From the NCBI GenBank assembly GCA_964188305.1, contig OZ076890.1: a stretch of DNA of 64,000 nt; one strand, written 5' to 3'. Below, one piece after another: positions 27,251 to 40,439 of the stretch (its first letter is position 1; the number at the start of each line of letters is the position of its first letter). Position numbers and translations under genes: made by a program. This stretch comes from Podarcis bocagei (Eukaryota). Under the pieces are notes generated by a model. That model was not told the DNA's origin and ran no database searches. It saw only the letters and a program-made list of their open reading frames with translations.

Positions 27251-29759
27251 CTGGAACAGACAAATGCAACATTTAAAATGAACTGTAGTAGAATTTTCAA
27301 CTCCCTTATCTTCACCTCTATTGATTAGTTTATCAGCTGAAGTAAGTAGACTCAAGAGCTCAATTCAGCACAACATATCCACAGCTTTTGTTCTAGGTTG
27401 CTGTGCCTCAGGAAAAGGCGATGGATAGCAGTCCTTCTTTTGCATTAGAATAATTCCCACCTCCGCGACACAGCTGCTCACCAACATGGCAAAGCCATAG
27501 AGGAACGAAATAAAATATTTAAAACTCACGAGAATAAAAAGGTCAAGTACTAATTCATAATATTGTTCAGAATTTAGTCACTTGGTGTTTCACAGGCCCA
27601 AAATAAAAAAATATATGGTTAACTGTAATGATTTTCTTTCATATTGGCCCAGTATGTATATATAACCATAAACTATGGCTTAGTGATATGCACACAAACC
27701 TGAGGCTCGCATGCACTCTCTTCTCTAGTGTGACTGTTAGGAAAATATCCTAAGTTTCCACTTTTAAACCAACCAGTTTCCTGTTACTGCCTAACTCAGG
27801 AAACTCCGTTTAAACTGGTTGAAAATGAACCAAGATGATAAATTCTGGTTTGATTCTGACTTGTTTGAACCACCATAATTTATACTAACCAAAGTTTACC
27901 CAATTCTGGACACCAGAAGGAACACTGGATTGCTTAAAAGCAGAAGCAAAAGCTTCTTATCTCTTAAACTGATAGTCATACTGGAAGAATTGAAGGCACA
28001 TAGGCCTGAGTCACATGCTAGCCCGTGCATATAAAGCTAAACATCAAAAATTAGCATTTCCCTTTGTTATACAGCTTCACCATAGCTGTGATGAGATTCA
28101 ACAGAAATCTGTAACCTCCCAGTGATATGTGTAACTCTTTCATCTGTACTTGTATACCTGTATACACTTATTTTCTTTAAACATTCTGTGACGTTAATTT
28201 ATTATGGATCTGATTCCTCCAATTATTAGATTTTTCTCCATGAAGATTTATTGTACTTCTGCCTGCTGCAGAAGTTATTCCAAGTCTACTACTACTACTC
28301 TGTTGTGTGTAGGTGCTCTAGTTTTAGCTATATAAGGGCAAACATGAGACTTGTGTCAATACTGGTATATAGGCTAATTTTACACAAAGTTTCACAAATC
28401 ATCATCATTCATATACACCCTTCATATAAACATGCAGTGGAAACATTTTATTTTGAAGGCATGGAATGTATACACATATCTCTTGTTCTATCCTAATCAC
28501 AGAAAATCAAATCAAGAGCAAGAGATTCATTTGAAGAAGAAAGCTTCTGCACACACATCACTTGCTGGATCAGAAACAGTGGGCATAACTTTCATGCGCA
28601 TGTATGTGCATGTTGTCCAACCACGCTGTATTATTTTCAGTGGGATGTGCATTCAGATGTGACATAACTATATTGGGCTGTTACACTTTAAGAAGGGGTG
28701 GGAGGAACCAAATTCAAATGTACAAGTTTCAGCAAGAGCATTGCAGTTTTGTGGACACTGACACTGGCAGTGACATATTTAGATTGACAATTTCAATGCT
28801 CAGAGCACTTTATCAAATTTTCCTAAGATGAGGCAGAGGGCAATAAGCATAGCACAGTTCTGCCATGATCATTTCCTCTTTGCTGCCTCATCGCAGCATA
28901 TCTTGACAATCCTCAGTTTAAGAAGGAGTCAGAACAAGGACATTTCACAGAGAGATTTTTTTTTAACCCACTTCCTTGGTTATAGTTTGACAGGTCCTAT
29001 ACATGGCAGAGAAATACTTCCTTTTTTAAGTTCCCCCATACAGACAAGTGTTTCTGCCCTTTTTCAAACCACTTTAATCAGAGCTCAATAATTTCTAGAG
29101 TGTTTTGCAGCATTAAGGAGTGGCATGAATCAGATATTTTAAAGCTATGATAAAGCTAATGAATTAGTTCCCCAACGAAAAACTTTTCCTAGGATAACTA
29201 ACAGCACACTTTTATACATGCTAAATCAGAGGTAATGCCAACTGTGTGTAATGATGGTTACTCCCAGGTAAGTGGGCATAGGATTATACACTGAAGTTGC
29301 AATACTATAACCACTAACTTCTAAGTAGATATTATAAGATTGTGCTTTAACAAAGAATTAAAGTAGAATATTGAATTCTAGAGCATCAGTGTTTCTGGAA
29401 GTTAATTCTTGCACTTGGGTATAAATTCTGAAGTCAGACAGATTATAAAATAAAAAACTGGAATTAAAAACACTAAACAATAATACTAAATTGGTGTCGC
29501 CCCCAAAAAACCCCTCATTACTTCATTGTTGTATACAACTATGGAGCTATTTTGTATACAACTATGGAGCTATTTTTTTTTTGATACTGTCCATGTGATT
29601 TTTTTGCAGCTAATTGAGAAATAATTGTTTTACTATTATATTCTAATGGATTATTGAATATTGCTTTATTTGATATAAGTTGTTTATTTTAAAGTTATTG
29701 TGACCTTTTTGTAGATCATTATTATTAATGTTTGCCATTTTAGCATGTTTTGTATGTGT

Positions 29760-29815
29760 TGGAAGCCACACAGAGTGGCTGGGGAAACCCAGCCAGATGG
29801 GCGTGGAATAAATAA

Positions 29816-29869
<54 letters not shown>
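29760..29869 (+). mobile_element. L2-type 3' tail with expanded (TTA)n microsatellite
   Basis: ggaagccacacagagtggctggggaaacccagccagatgggcg...aataaa then (tta)n; same tail as 57678-57910. Confidence 0.8.
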
Positions 29870-29870
<1 letters not shown>

Positions 29871-31424
29871 TTCTAAAAGTGCATAAGGAATGCAGTGCCA
29901 AAAGTTGTATTTATGTCAGTTTTTATAGGCCACTTTTCTGCTGAGAACATACATAGCAACAGAACCACTCCACCATGTATGTTAAAAATACTAGAGAGGC
30001 CGATCACAGGTCTCACTAGGGCCCAATGAAATACAACTATCTTAATGGCTCAGTAAAAGGTCTGAAGCACAGGGACTGACTATCTTGACTGTGAGTCTTG
30101 GAAGACCTGTCCCCTGCCTTGCAGGCCTTTTCCCATGTGGCCTAAAAAGGTGGGGCCCTGACTGACTCCAGCTACAAAAGCTAAGGTTACCCTTGGGCTG
30201 GGGTGTTGGGGGGGGGGTGCTGTTGGTTTTTTGTATCTTTATTTTAGACCTGTGATTTATGTGTAAACTGTCCAGTTTGGTTATGGTTTCTTTGATGTTT
30301 TATTTATTGTTTATGGTTATTTTTGTAATGTTGCAATTGTGTATTTTTTCATGTTGTAAGCTGACGTGAGCACGGTTTGAATGGTAGAAAGGCAGCATAC
30401 AAATAAAAGTATGTATGCATATAAAGCTTCAGTGAGAGTGAGTTTAAGAACCTTGGCGCTCCTACCAAAATTGCTCAGTCTCAATGGACCATCTATCTTG
30501 CCAATGACAACTCTGATGGTGATGCGATGGGAGGCAACACTTCTGACTAAGATCCTAACAAGAAGGCACGGTTGTTTTATGTATTTGTACCCTACCCTTC
30601 AAAAAACTAAATACACCATCACAGCAAAAAGAAAAAAAAGAAAAAAAGTACAATGTTGACAGTGCAGCAGGCAATACGAATGCACTAAAGTTGTATGCCT
30701 ATGGTCTGACACACTTGGGCAAGCATATTGAAATTAGATCAGATTGCATTGGACATTTAGAGGCGAAAGCATTTTATTTGGTTTTTTGTTATGTCTAAAT
30801 TGGAGCTGAGACATTAGACTTTGTACAATATTGAATGGTGTACCACTTTACTCTTGTGGAAAGCACCATGAACAAAGCAATCTATAGTACAAAGAGTGAA
30901 AAACATTCATAAAATGACCTATAATATAAGCCTTCCTAAATGTTTGTGCAGAATTATTTCCATTTACTTTTATACATATGACAAATAACCTTATATTAGG
31001 AAGGCATGGTTTGAATATATTCCTTTTTATACTTGCCTCTTTGAATTTGCATTTGGGGTGGGGGCTGTCTCAAAATGAAGCACATCTCATTATTTCCTAG
31101 TCATTTTTTGCTAATCTGTCAGTGGACACCAGTTTGGTGGGCTTTAGTTCACTTGAAATTTTCAATACTCATTCAACATGGATATTTTTTTTTAAGCATG
31201 GCAATGAATAGTAAAATGTATCTAGCTGTGTGGTTTTTGTGACATCTCCTTATGACCATTAATGCTGAGGCCTCAACTATAGATTCTAACTTGATTTGCA
31301 TAGAAAATGTATTTGAAACACTTGAAAAACCAAAATGTTTACTGCTTTTTAATTTGGGGTGTAGGGAGAGTGGAAGGAGACAAAGGCAACTAATGATATA
31401 AAAATGGACAGGCTATTTCCATAC

Positions 31425-31572
31425 CTTTACTTTCTGAAGAGTGTCCTTTAGCTGGTATTCATTTCCTGGTTCAACAGGAATGGCAACAACACTACTTGCT
31501 TCGTCTAACCATAAATAAAACTTATTTAAATTATATTGCAATTCTGTCAGAAGATTCTGTTCTTCTTCTAGC
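31425..31572 (-). CDS. DMD: Dystrophin exon 46 ortholog (148 nt)
   Basis: (R)LEEEQNLLTELQYNLNKFYLWLDEASSVVAIPVEPGNEYQLKDTLQKVK. Acceptor cacag|GCTAG, donor AAG|gtatgg; 148 nt; phase matches exon 45. Confidence 0.97.
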
Positions 31573-33408
31573 CTGTGGTAATAAAAGAAAAATATCAACA
31601 ATAACAGGGTAGTTCCAAGTATATTAATTATTAACGCTACCCAGCATAGTAGTAGCACTTAATGGAAAGGTAACAGATAAATATATAAATTCCATCATTA
31701 AAGACACATGAAAACATTGTTCACTGAAACATACATTAACTGAAACCCTAGTTTTGATTAGCTCAAAATTTAGGTGGAGTTTCATTTTTATAATAGATTT
31801 TTAAAAATTCAGCACTTGGTTCATAGCACTCAAAACTGTCAGTCCTGAATTTCACAGGCTTTGCCCTCAGAAAGAATGTACCTGAAAGATGCACTAAAAC
31901 TTCTAATGCTGCATACTTTTAAAATAGATTCTAAAGGATAAATATGCCTTACTCCTGTAGCTCATTTACTCATTCACTTTCCATAATCTGTTATCTGCTA
32001 ATCTTAATATTATTCTGTGACCTCTATTTGTTTCAAGCACACTTCAGTGATTAACTCCTTCTGCCTTTAACAAGACTTAGGCACACTGAACATTCCTTGG
32101 ACTGACTTTCTGGAGCACAGGGCTTGCTGGGCACTTTCCTGAAGGGAAACATGAATACCTAGAAAGCATCTGTGTACCTGTAGAAAGCTATTTTGTACTC
32201 AGGAAAGCTCTTTTGTACTTAGGGTTCTCTGTGCTTATCAGAGATATATATTGGATGACATTTTCACTTCATCCATCTAGAAACATCAACAATGATTTAC
32301 CTACACCAGCCTTTTCCTTAGAGCTCTGGATTTTTACATTAAAAATCTGAATACTTAGCAAAAGAAATGTGTGGAGGAAAACCCAGATGCATGGATTCCT
32401 TTATGTTAAACAAGCTGCACTCTATCATGCATTGAACTCTGCAGGACTCACTTACAACAGACCGTGTAAAGGATTTGGTTTTTACTCTTCATTTCCTGTG
32501 TTTATTCTTTTACATTCCGTAAAGGATGAGCAATGGCCACAACAAAAACCCTGGTGCAGTTTTTCCCCCTTGGAAAGCGTGGCTGTGATCCAAACTACGT
32601 ATACAAGTTTGCCTATTCGCAATGTAATGCCAGAGGTGTGGGAAAGTTGTGTGTCAAAAGCAGCCTGGGCTCCACAGGGTGCTTTTACCCCCAACCAAAA
32701 AGTAACAAAGGGATACAATCAGACAATGGCTTAATCCATCTTTCTTCCACCTCTTTTCTGTTTTCTCCCCACAGTGCTTTCCAACGATGTTGTGGTGCTT
32801 CCCGCAATTTTTTTTTGCTAGTTTCCTTGTTTTGGGTCTCATTGAGAAAATCAGTTTTTGTTTTTCATAGCACTAATTCAGCTCTTCGGTTCTGCAGTGG
32901 GTACGGTTTGCCAGCATGCTGGACTTCCAAACTATCCAGATTCCTTCTTCAGCCTTCATTCTGATCCTAAGTTTGCCACCATCCCCTTCATAAAAACCTG
33001 CCATCCCCAAATGGGAAAGAGTTGTTTTGGTAAGAAATAAGTGGCAGGCAACTGCACCCACTTTCAACTTATCATTTCATGGTTTGAAAGGAACTCTCAG
33101 GTTATTCTGGGACTAGTGGGACCTGCACAGCCACACCTGCCTCACATTTCTATCCCCACTAGGATTTGTAAATATATATTTTAATCCTGATGCATTTGAG
33201 GAAAATAATAAACAACAACTCTCTTTACTATGGACTTAAAAGCCATATTTACCTTCTGAATCAATTGAATGCACTTAAAATAGTGGGAAGGTGGGAAAAT
33301 ATTTGTGTTTGTCAAATTTATCCAGTGTTCTGATTTGTATTACATCTGCTTTTTATTCCAGATCAAGGTACAGACACTTACAATAACTGGAGCAAACATG
33401 GTTTATAC

Positions 33409-33583
33409 CAGTGGTTCCCAACTGGTGGTCTGCGGTCCCCAGAACCCATCCACAGGGTCTGTGGCACCATTCACATAACAAAAACTATAATAGAGATATA
33501 TTTGTTTTTTCAAAAGTAGGGGGTCCATGGATTTTCTTTTGAAAAACAGGGGGTCTGCAATACTTACCTAATTGGGACCCCTA
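33409..33583. mobile_element. hAT (Charlie-like) MITE
   Basis: cagtggttcccaa ... ttgggaccccta; perfect 8-bp TSD gtttatac (33401-33408 and 33584-33591). Confidence 0.85.
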
Positions 33584-34019
33584 GTTTATACAGTTTTTTT
33601 CCGGAGCTATGAACTAGGGTGAATTGATAAGCTTTCTGTTAAAAAGTTAATATGTATGGCTAAGCAAACTAAGCTCAATTCTTCCAATACAGTGGTGCCT
33701 CGCAAGACGAAATTAATTCGTTCCGCAAGTCTCTTCGTCTTGCGAGTTTTTCGTCTTGCGATGCAAGGTTTCCCATAGGAATGCATTGAAAATCAATTAA
33801 TGCGTTCCTAGGGAAACCGCCTTCAGACCCCGGACCTCTTCTGAAGGCTGGGGGGGGGGGGACAAGGGCTTTTCTTCCCACCCCCAGCATTTTAAAAAAC
33901 CCCGGGATAGCGGAGGACTTCTCTGCTGTCCGGGCGATCTTAAAATGCTGGCGGGCGGCATTTTAAAATCGCCCGGGACAGCGGAGGACTTCTCCGCTGT
34001 CTGGGGCGATTTAAAAGCC

Positions 34020-34733
34020 CCTGGGAAGGCAGGCAGGGGGGACAAAGACTTTTGCCCCCTGCCAGCCTTCAGAAGAGGTCCTGGACCTCTTCTGAAGGCG
34101 AGCGGGGGGCGAAAGTCTTTGCTCCCCCCCCCGCCTGCCTTCAAAAGCCCTCCGGGACAGGCAGGCAGGGGGGAGCAAAGACTTTCGCCCCCGCCAGCCT
34201 TCAGAAGAGGTCCTGGACCTCTTCTGAAGGCGAGCGGGGGGCGAAAGTCTTTGCTCCCCCCCGCCTGCCTTCAAAAGCCCTCCGGGACAGGCAGGCAGGG
34301 GGGAGCAAAGACTTTTGCCCCCCGCCAGCCTTCAGAAGAGGTCCTGGACCTCTTCTGAAGGCGAGCGGGGGGCGAAAGTCTTTGCTCCCCCCCCCGCCTG
34401 CCTTCAAAAGCCCTCCGGGACAGGCAGGCAGGGGGGAGCAAAGACTTTCGCCCCCCGCCAGCCTTCAGAAGAGGTCCTGGACCTCTTCTGAAGGCGAGCG
34501 GGGGGCGAAAGTCTTTGCTCCCCCCCCGCCTGCCTTCAAAAGCCCTCCGGGAATGGCAGGCAGGGGGGAGCAAAGACTTTCGCCCCCCGCCAGCCTTCAG
34601 AAGAGGTCCTGGACCTCTTCTGAAGGCGAGCGGGGAGCGAAAGTCTTTGCTCCCCCCGCCTGCCTTCAAAAGCCCTCCGGGACAGGCAGGCAGGGGGGAG
34701 CAAAGACTTTCGCCCCCCGCCCGCCTTCAGAAG
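34020..34733. repeat. Tandem array of about 5.5 copies of a ~131-bp palindromic unit
   Basis: Motif ccttcagaag recurs at 34066, 34198, 34329, 34462, 34594 and 34724 (period 130-133). Confidence 0.95.
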
Positions 34734-34794
34734 GTGTTCCCGCCCCGCCGCCCGGCTTCGGAGCATCGTTCCGAAGCCGGGCGGCGGGGGCAGG

Positions 34795-35160
34795 CTTCTC
34801 CCCGCCACCCCTTGCTTCAAAAGAGGTCCGGGGACAGCGGGAAGCGCTTCCCGCTGTCCCCGGACCTGGGGCTGCAGGGAGAAGATCGCTTCTTCCCCGC
34901 TGTCCCCGGACCTCTTTTGAAGCAAGGGGCTGCGGGGAGATCGCTTCTCCCCGCCGCCCCTTGCTTCAAAAGAGGTCTGGGGACAGCGGGAAGCGCTTCC
35001 CGCTGTCCCCGGACCTGGGGCTGCGGGGAGAAGATCGCTTCTTCCCCGCTTTCCCCAGACCTCTTTTGAAGCAAGGGGCTGCGGGGAGATCGCTTCTCCA
35101 CGCCGCCCCTTGCTTCAAAAGAGGTCCGGGGACAGCAGGAAGACCTGCTGTCCCCGGAGC
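34795..35160. repeat. Second tandem array, about 2.5 copies of a 149-bp palindromic unit
   Basis: cttgcttcaaaagaggtc recurs at 34811, 34960 and 35109. Confidence 0.9.
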
Positions 35161-36599
35161 TTGCGAGGCAAGCTTCGTTTTGCGAAGCAAGCCCATAGGG
35201 AAATTCGTCTTGCGAGGCAACTCGAAAACGAAAAAACCTTTCGTTTTGCGAGTTTTTCGTCTCGCGAGGCGTTCGTCTTGCAGGGTACCACTGTATTTCC
35301 AATGAGGCACTTTGTAATATTACAGACTTTGCTAGACTAGCTGGGAAATGCTCTGTTATATTGCAAGAGTTTCAGAATTGAGATAAGTGCCCCCTTCCCT
35401 TCTTCCTTCCTTCCTTCTTCTCTTCCTTCATTTGTGGGCCAAAACTAAAGATTTATATGATTTATTAAACAGTAGTTTCTTAATGGCATCTGAACAAGGA
35501 AACTGTGGTTTAATCTCACTTTACTAACTGAAATTTGTTTTCAGCTCAATAATCATGGTTTACTAATATTAACTAGTTAAATTTGAATTGCCCTAAAAAT
35601 AAATGTGCTCCTAAGAAAGGTAACTAATAATGATTCCTAGTTTCTAGAAAATCTTGATAAATCTCTAGTGGGTATTGGAAGATCTCCAGGATATATCTAA
35701 TATATGATAATGATACTCTGTCTTTAAACCCTCTGGTTATATTTTATGTAGCAGAATAAATAGGCATGTCTGTTAAAGTTTAATTGGCAACACTTTGAAG
35801 AATGCACGCCATTGATTTGAGAGCTTGTATTGATTTCTTTGTCAAGCTAGCTCTACTGTTAAAACTATACCTATTAGTATTTTTATTTTACATAAAAGTA
35901 TCTAAAATTAAAAATTTCTAGACAAGCATCACTATTTTTAAACTAGAGAAACACTGAGAATTTCATGATGAGAACTGCAGTTAAAAGGAGAACTAGATGC
36001 ATATATTTTGCACAGATTTATGAAATACCAATAGCTTATAATCTATTTAGGGCACAATCCTACGATCTCTGGAGGGTGTTCCAGATGCTATATGGTTTTT
36101 CAGATCTCCCTCTCTGAGGATGGAGAGTGAAATCTGTTTTCAGAGGTGGAGAGCCAAACTCCTATCTGCAACTGCAGAAAGGTATAAAGTTGGTGCTTCT
36201 CCAAAGACAAAAAAGGAAGTGTATGCCAGGAGAAGTTGTGGATTTGCAGGATCCAAAGCCCTGCAGTTCACCCAACGTACCCGAAGAATGTGGGGGTAGG
36301 GGGAGATTACACTAGCCCTGAAGCTGAAGCTCTTTTAAACAGCACTGAGATGACACAATGGTGATGATGTATATTGTTGCTTCCTGACCATCACTGCCAT
36401 ACAAATAGGCTCTAAGATAAGCTCCTACCTGCACCTGGTAATTATTGTATGTGAACCACGTTGAATACTAAAAAACAAGAACAAGTATTGATAGTATAAT
36501 TCCAATTCTAGCACTGAAATAATCAAGGGGTTGAACAACTGTATGGGGAATGTTTATAACATTTGGGTCTTTTCCATTTTAAAAAAAAGGTACCTAAGT

Positions 36600-37040
36600 T
36601 AGATAAGAGGGAACTGTGTTCAGGTGTGACTATGCATGGAGTGGATAAAGTGGATTGAGAAAAGTGCTTCTCCATATCTCATAACACTAGAACTGAATGT
36701 TGGAAGATTCAAGACAAACAAAATGAAGTGCTTCTTCACACAGTGAAGTTGAACTATGGAATTCGCTACTGCAGGAGGGTAGGGATGGCTGCCAACTTGG
36801 GTGGCTTTAAAAGAGGGTTAGACAAATTCATGGAGGATAATAAGGCTAACAATGGCTGTAAAACCACGATGGCTATGTTCTGTTTCAGTTGCTGGGAATC
36901 CCAAGTGGGGAGAATGCACTTGTAATCGGGTTCTGCTTGCACACCTTTCATAGGCATCTGGTTGGCCACTATGAGAACAGCATGCTGGGCTAGAGGGGCC
37001 ACTGGCCGGATCCAGCAGGGCTCTTCTTAAGTTCTTACAG
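36600..37040 (+). mobile_element. CR1 LINE 3' fragment
   Basis: ttcttcacacag...ggctttaaaagagggttagacaaattcatggaggataa (GFKRGLDKFMED, the CR1 ORF2 end) plus a 3'UTR ending ctcttcttaagttctta. Confidence 0.85.
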
Positions 37041-38492
37041 CAAAAGACAGCTTTACTATGCACACAGTAAATCACGTTGAGATAAGCTGCAGCAAATATT
37101 TAGAAGTGGCATGCCACAGAATTAAGGGGACATTAATCACATATTATGTGCAAAGTACCCATTTCTAGAATAAAAATATTATTACAAAGTAGTGGAATAC
37201 TTTAAAGCATTAAAGCAATGCTGTGCTTCTAAGGTTATCATCTTGACAGCAATGTTTAAAAATGTTTTACTCAAGCATTCAAGATCTCAAGTGCTATATC
37301 TTTGTTTACCTACAGGTTTAATGATTTGCTAGGATTTATTCCAACATGTGGTAGTAACAGTAATAAATGGTGCATTTAAAACTCTCCATCTGCAATTAAG
37401 TGCTAGATATTTTATTTCAAGAGTCATTTCAATACATTTACCCAAGAACAAGCTGTGGCTTCTGTTTGAAATATTGGATGAGTGGCTGCTTGCATTACAA
37501 ATACTCCTAATAAATTTTCAGTAAGTGGAATAACAGTGAGCACAGCAAGAAATTCACATATAACTTCAGAAGTAAATGAAAAAAAGAAAAGAAAAAGATT
37601 ATGCTTCTGTGTTATACAGTCAACTGTATACACAAACACACAGAAAACATCTTGCAGTTGGAAGGTATCAAACCCACTCCTGACCATTATATTGCTACAA
37701 AAACAATTAGCCAGTTTTAACAACATGTATCACAATTATGTTATTATTTTATTTGAGATATTTTAAGCCACCTTTCATTGTTATCTGCCCCAGGCTGGGC
37801 TCCAATATAAAGCAAAACATACAAATACTTCTAAATAAGAGTACATAAAAATAATTAAAATGTTATTGATAAATCACATATCAAAACACCATTCAATGCT
37901 ATAGGCAGTTCCATCCTGGGCACCAATCAACTTAATCAACATCCCATAAATGCCTGGGTACATAAATAGTTTTTCAAGTTGGTTCTGAAAAGAAAGTAAG
38001 GCAGCCTCCAGCTACACTCTAGAGGGGAGAACATTTCATAGAAAACCAATGAGGGGTCAAGGAGAAGCAGCAGTATTACTCCCTGCTGATTGCATGTATT
38101 AAAGCTGCAATTATTGCTCTGATTCTTTTCCTGGAAACCTATGGCCACATTCAAGTGCAACAATAGATTGCTGACCTCAGGCCCTTTTGGTTGATCTGCT
38201 CTATGTTTCTCCTAAAGCATTCAAATAAATGCATCAGACATTGTTGGAGGTACAGCCCTGGCAATGTCCCTCCCTTCCCAACATGAGCACAGGCCATCCC
38301 CCTATAACCATTCAACATTAAGGACAAATATCCTAGGCCTGTACACATATAGGGCTACACAGGGTTCCTAATCTCAAGAAATAGCAATTGATGTAGTTTG
38401 CCAGATGACATGGCCAGCAACTGTGTAGAAATTGGGGACAAGGCTAGTAGGCTGTCTGCACACACCCAGAGAAGGAAGGCAAACAGCCAACT

Positions 38493-38818
38493 GTTGTTGT
38501 TTAGTCGTCCATCTTGTCCTCTGTCGTCCCCCTACTGCTTGTGCCCTCCATCTTTCCCAGCATCAGGGTCTTTTCCAGGGAGTCTTCTCTTCTCATGAGG
38601 TGACCAAAGTATTGGAGTAAAAAAATTCCTTCCAGTAGCACCTTAAAGACCAACTAAGTGAAAGTATTGGAGTCTCAGCTTCAGGATCTGTCCTTCCAGT
38701 GAGCACTCAGGGCTGATTTCCTTAAGAATGGGTAGGTTTGATCTTCTTGCAGTCCATGGGACTCTCGAGTCTCCTCCAGCACCATAATTCAAAAGCATCA
38801 GTTCTTCGGCGATCAGAC
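38493..38818 (-). mobile_element. BovB (RTE) LINE 3' fragment interrupted by a 42-bp insertion
   Basis: ttcccagcatcagggtcttttccagggagtc...tcaggatctgtccttccagtgagcactcagggctgatttcc...ctccagcaccataattcaaaagcatc is the reverse complement of the BovB 3' region; (CAA)n-type tail at the 38493 end. Confidence 0.88.
38619..38660 (-). mobile_element. 42-bp Penelope-like element terminal fragment inserted into BovB
   Basis: Reverse complement matches 41757-41797 exactly; 13-bp TSD aaagtattggagt (38606-38618 and 38661-38673). Confidence 0.88.
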
Positions 38819-40439
38819 AACTATTAATTCTTTATTGGCAAAAGCACACACTTACAGAAGCTTCTAGGGTGTACTACACACACACACACTCTTAGTGTCT
38901 ACATAGCTGGCATGAACTCTTCTAGGTTCATGCTGGAAGCATCAGTGGGACCACACACCCTACTCCTGGGCTTATGTACACTCGCCTGATGGAGTGCATC
39001 CATGCAACCTGAGACTTCTGCACAGGTCATCGCTGTGCTTCCCTCTTCAAGCCCCTCCTGGTTCTAGAAAACAGTGGGGGCGGAGGCCAGGGGGCATTTG
39101 ACTAGCCTGCCCCTTGCTTGAGCATGTTTGAGTCCTCTGCTTCTTACACATTCTGTGCCCCCACCTCCGTATCTGACTGCTTGCACCCTTACCCTCCCTT
39201 ACTCTCATGGGTGGCATCAAATTTCATGAATTGCTGGCCCCCTCTCCAGGGTCATCCTCCAGCTCCTCTGCTTCCATCACACACTAGTCAGAGCCCTGCC
39301 ACTCCCTGACATCTGACCTCACACTTTCAGCATTTGTTAAATCCTAAGAAGTCCTTCCGAAATGTGCAAGTTGGTCCTTAGGCTTGGTGCCACAATCATT
39401 GTTTTTAAGGGACTACATAATAAGGAGTAATTAGCATTCATCTTGAGAAGTCACAGTTTCTATTATTAGTAAGAATTTCTTCCATAACGCCCCAAATATG
39501 ATGGTCTCTCAGATCTTGGGTGATGGCACTTTTTTAACTACTATACTTCTTATGGTGGAGGTGTGCCAGCTTATATTTCCTAGACCTAGATTGAAACTAA
39601 ATCCATTGCCTCTGCTAGAGAATGCCTCTTGGATTCATATACTCCAAGACACAAGGACAAGGCAAATAGAGTATGCCACCTAAATAAGGAACTTGCCCAG
39701 AACAAAGAACAAAATGTTCCCTCTTGCTATGCAAGAAAAGAAAAGAACTCTTTTCCTAGGGTTCTCTCAGCTCTAAGAAACACATCAATAGTTATTTTCA
39801 AATGGGGATTTTAGTGGCCATTAATGTGTGTCTGTAACTTTTAACCTTGCCTTTTTAGTTCTGCAATTTATTAGGAAGAGTAATTACCTGATCAGCAAGG
39901 TAATCAAATATAACCAGTTTAAATGAATTCGTGTCCCCAGGCTTTCAGCCAGTGGCTGTTGGTTCTCTCACAAAGCTGACATACTTTGTCTCTGGGGGAA
40001 GAAAGGGAGGGAGATGGAAACTTGCCAGATGTAGCAAATTTGTTAAGTAATAGACTACATTTTAATTCTTGAAGAGCTTTCAAAGGTGTAAAGTAAGTAT
40101 GTATGTAGAGAGAGGAATAAAGAGGAACCCGAAATGAAGCCATTTTGTTTCCAGCTGTAATATTAATAGACAAGCAACATTCATTTAACCTATTCAATTC
40201 CAAACGTCTTTCACTTATCAGAAATGATAGTGAAGGTTAGGGTCAGATAAGTCTCCTACAATTCACATGGAATTTCTGAAACAACAGCTATTATGAGCTG
40301 ATACTCAACTAATGCAAAACCCAATTTCTCTGCTAGGAACACATCAGACATGATGGTCAAATCAAGGCAACAATGCAGATGGTAACATTTTGAATTTGAA
40401 TATTATATTCTTAAGCAGCTAGACAAAGAACATCTACGG

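Larger units (their letters stand above)
33690..35293. mobile_element. Large non-autonomous Tc1/mariner (pogo/Tigger-like) element carrying GC-rich minisatellites
   Basis: TA|cagtggtgcctcgcaagacgaa ... ttcgtcttgcagggtaccactg|TA; subterminal cgtcttgcga repeats at both ends; no transposase; interior made of tandem arrays. Confidence 0.9.

Noticed and set aside
29529-29575. Short tandem duplication of ttgtatacaactatggagctatt (similar ones at about 44872 and 61735)
   Set aside because: Ordinary local slippage duplications with no further structure.
34020-34733. CRISPR-like appearance (regular palindromic repeats)
   Set aside because: The intervening sequence is repeated too (no unique spacers), the context is a vertebrate intron, and there are no cas genes.
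34052-35305. 417-aa ORF and overlapping ORFs on both strands
   Set aside because: By-product of GC-rich tandem palindromic repeats that lack stop codons; repetitive peptide, no domain, inside a non-autonomous transposon.
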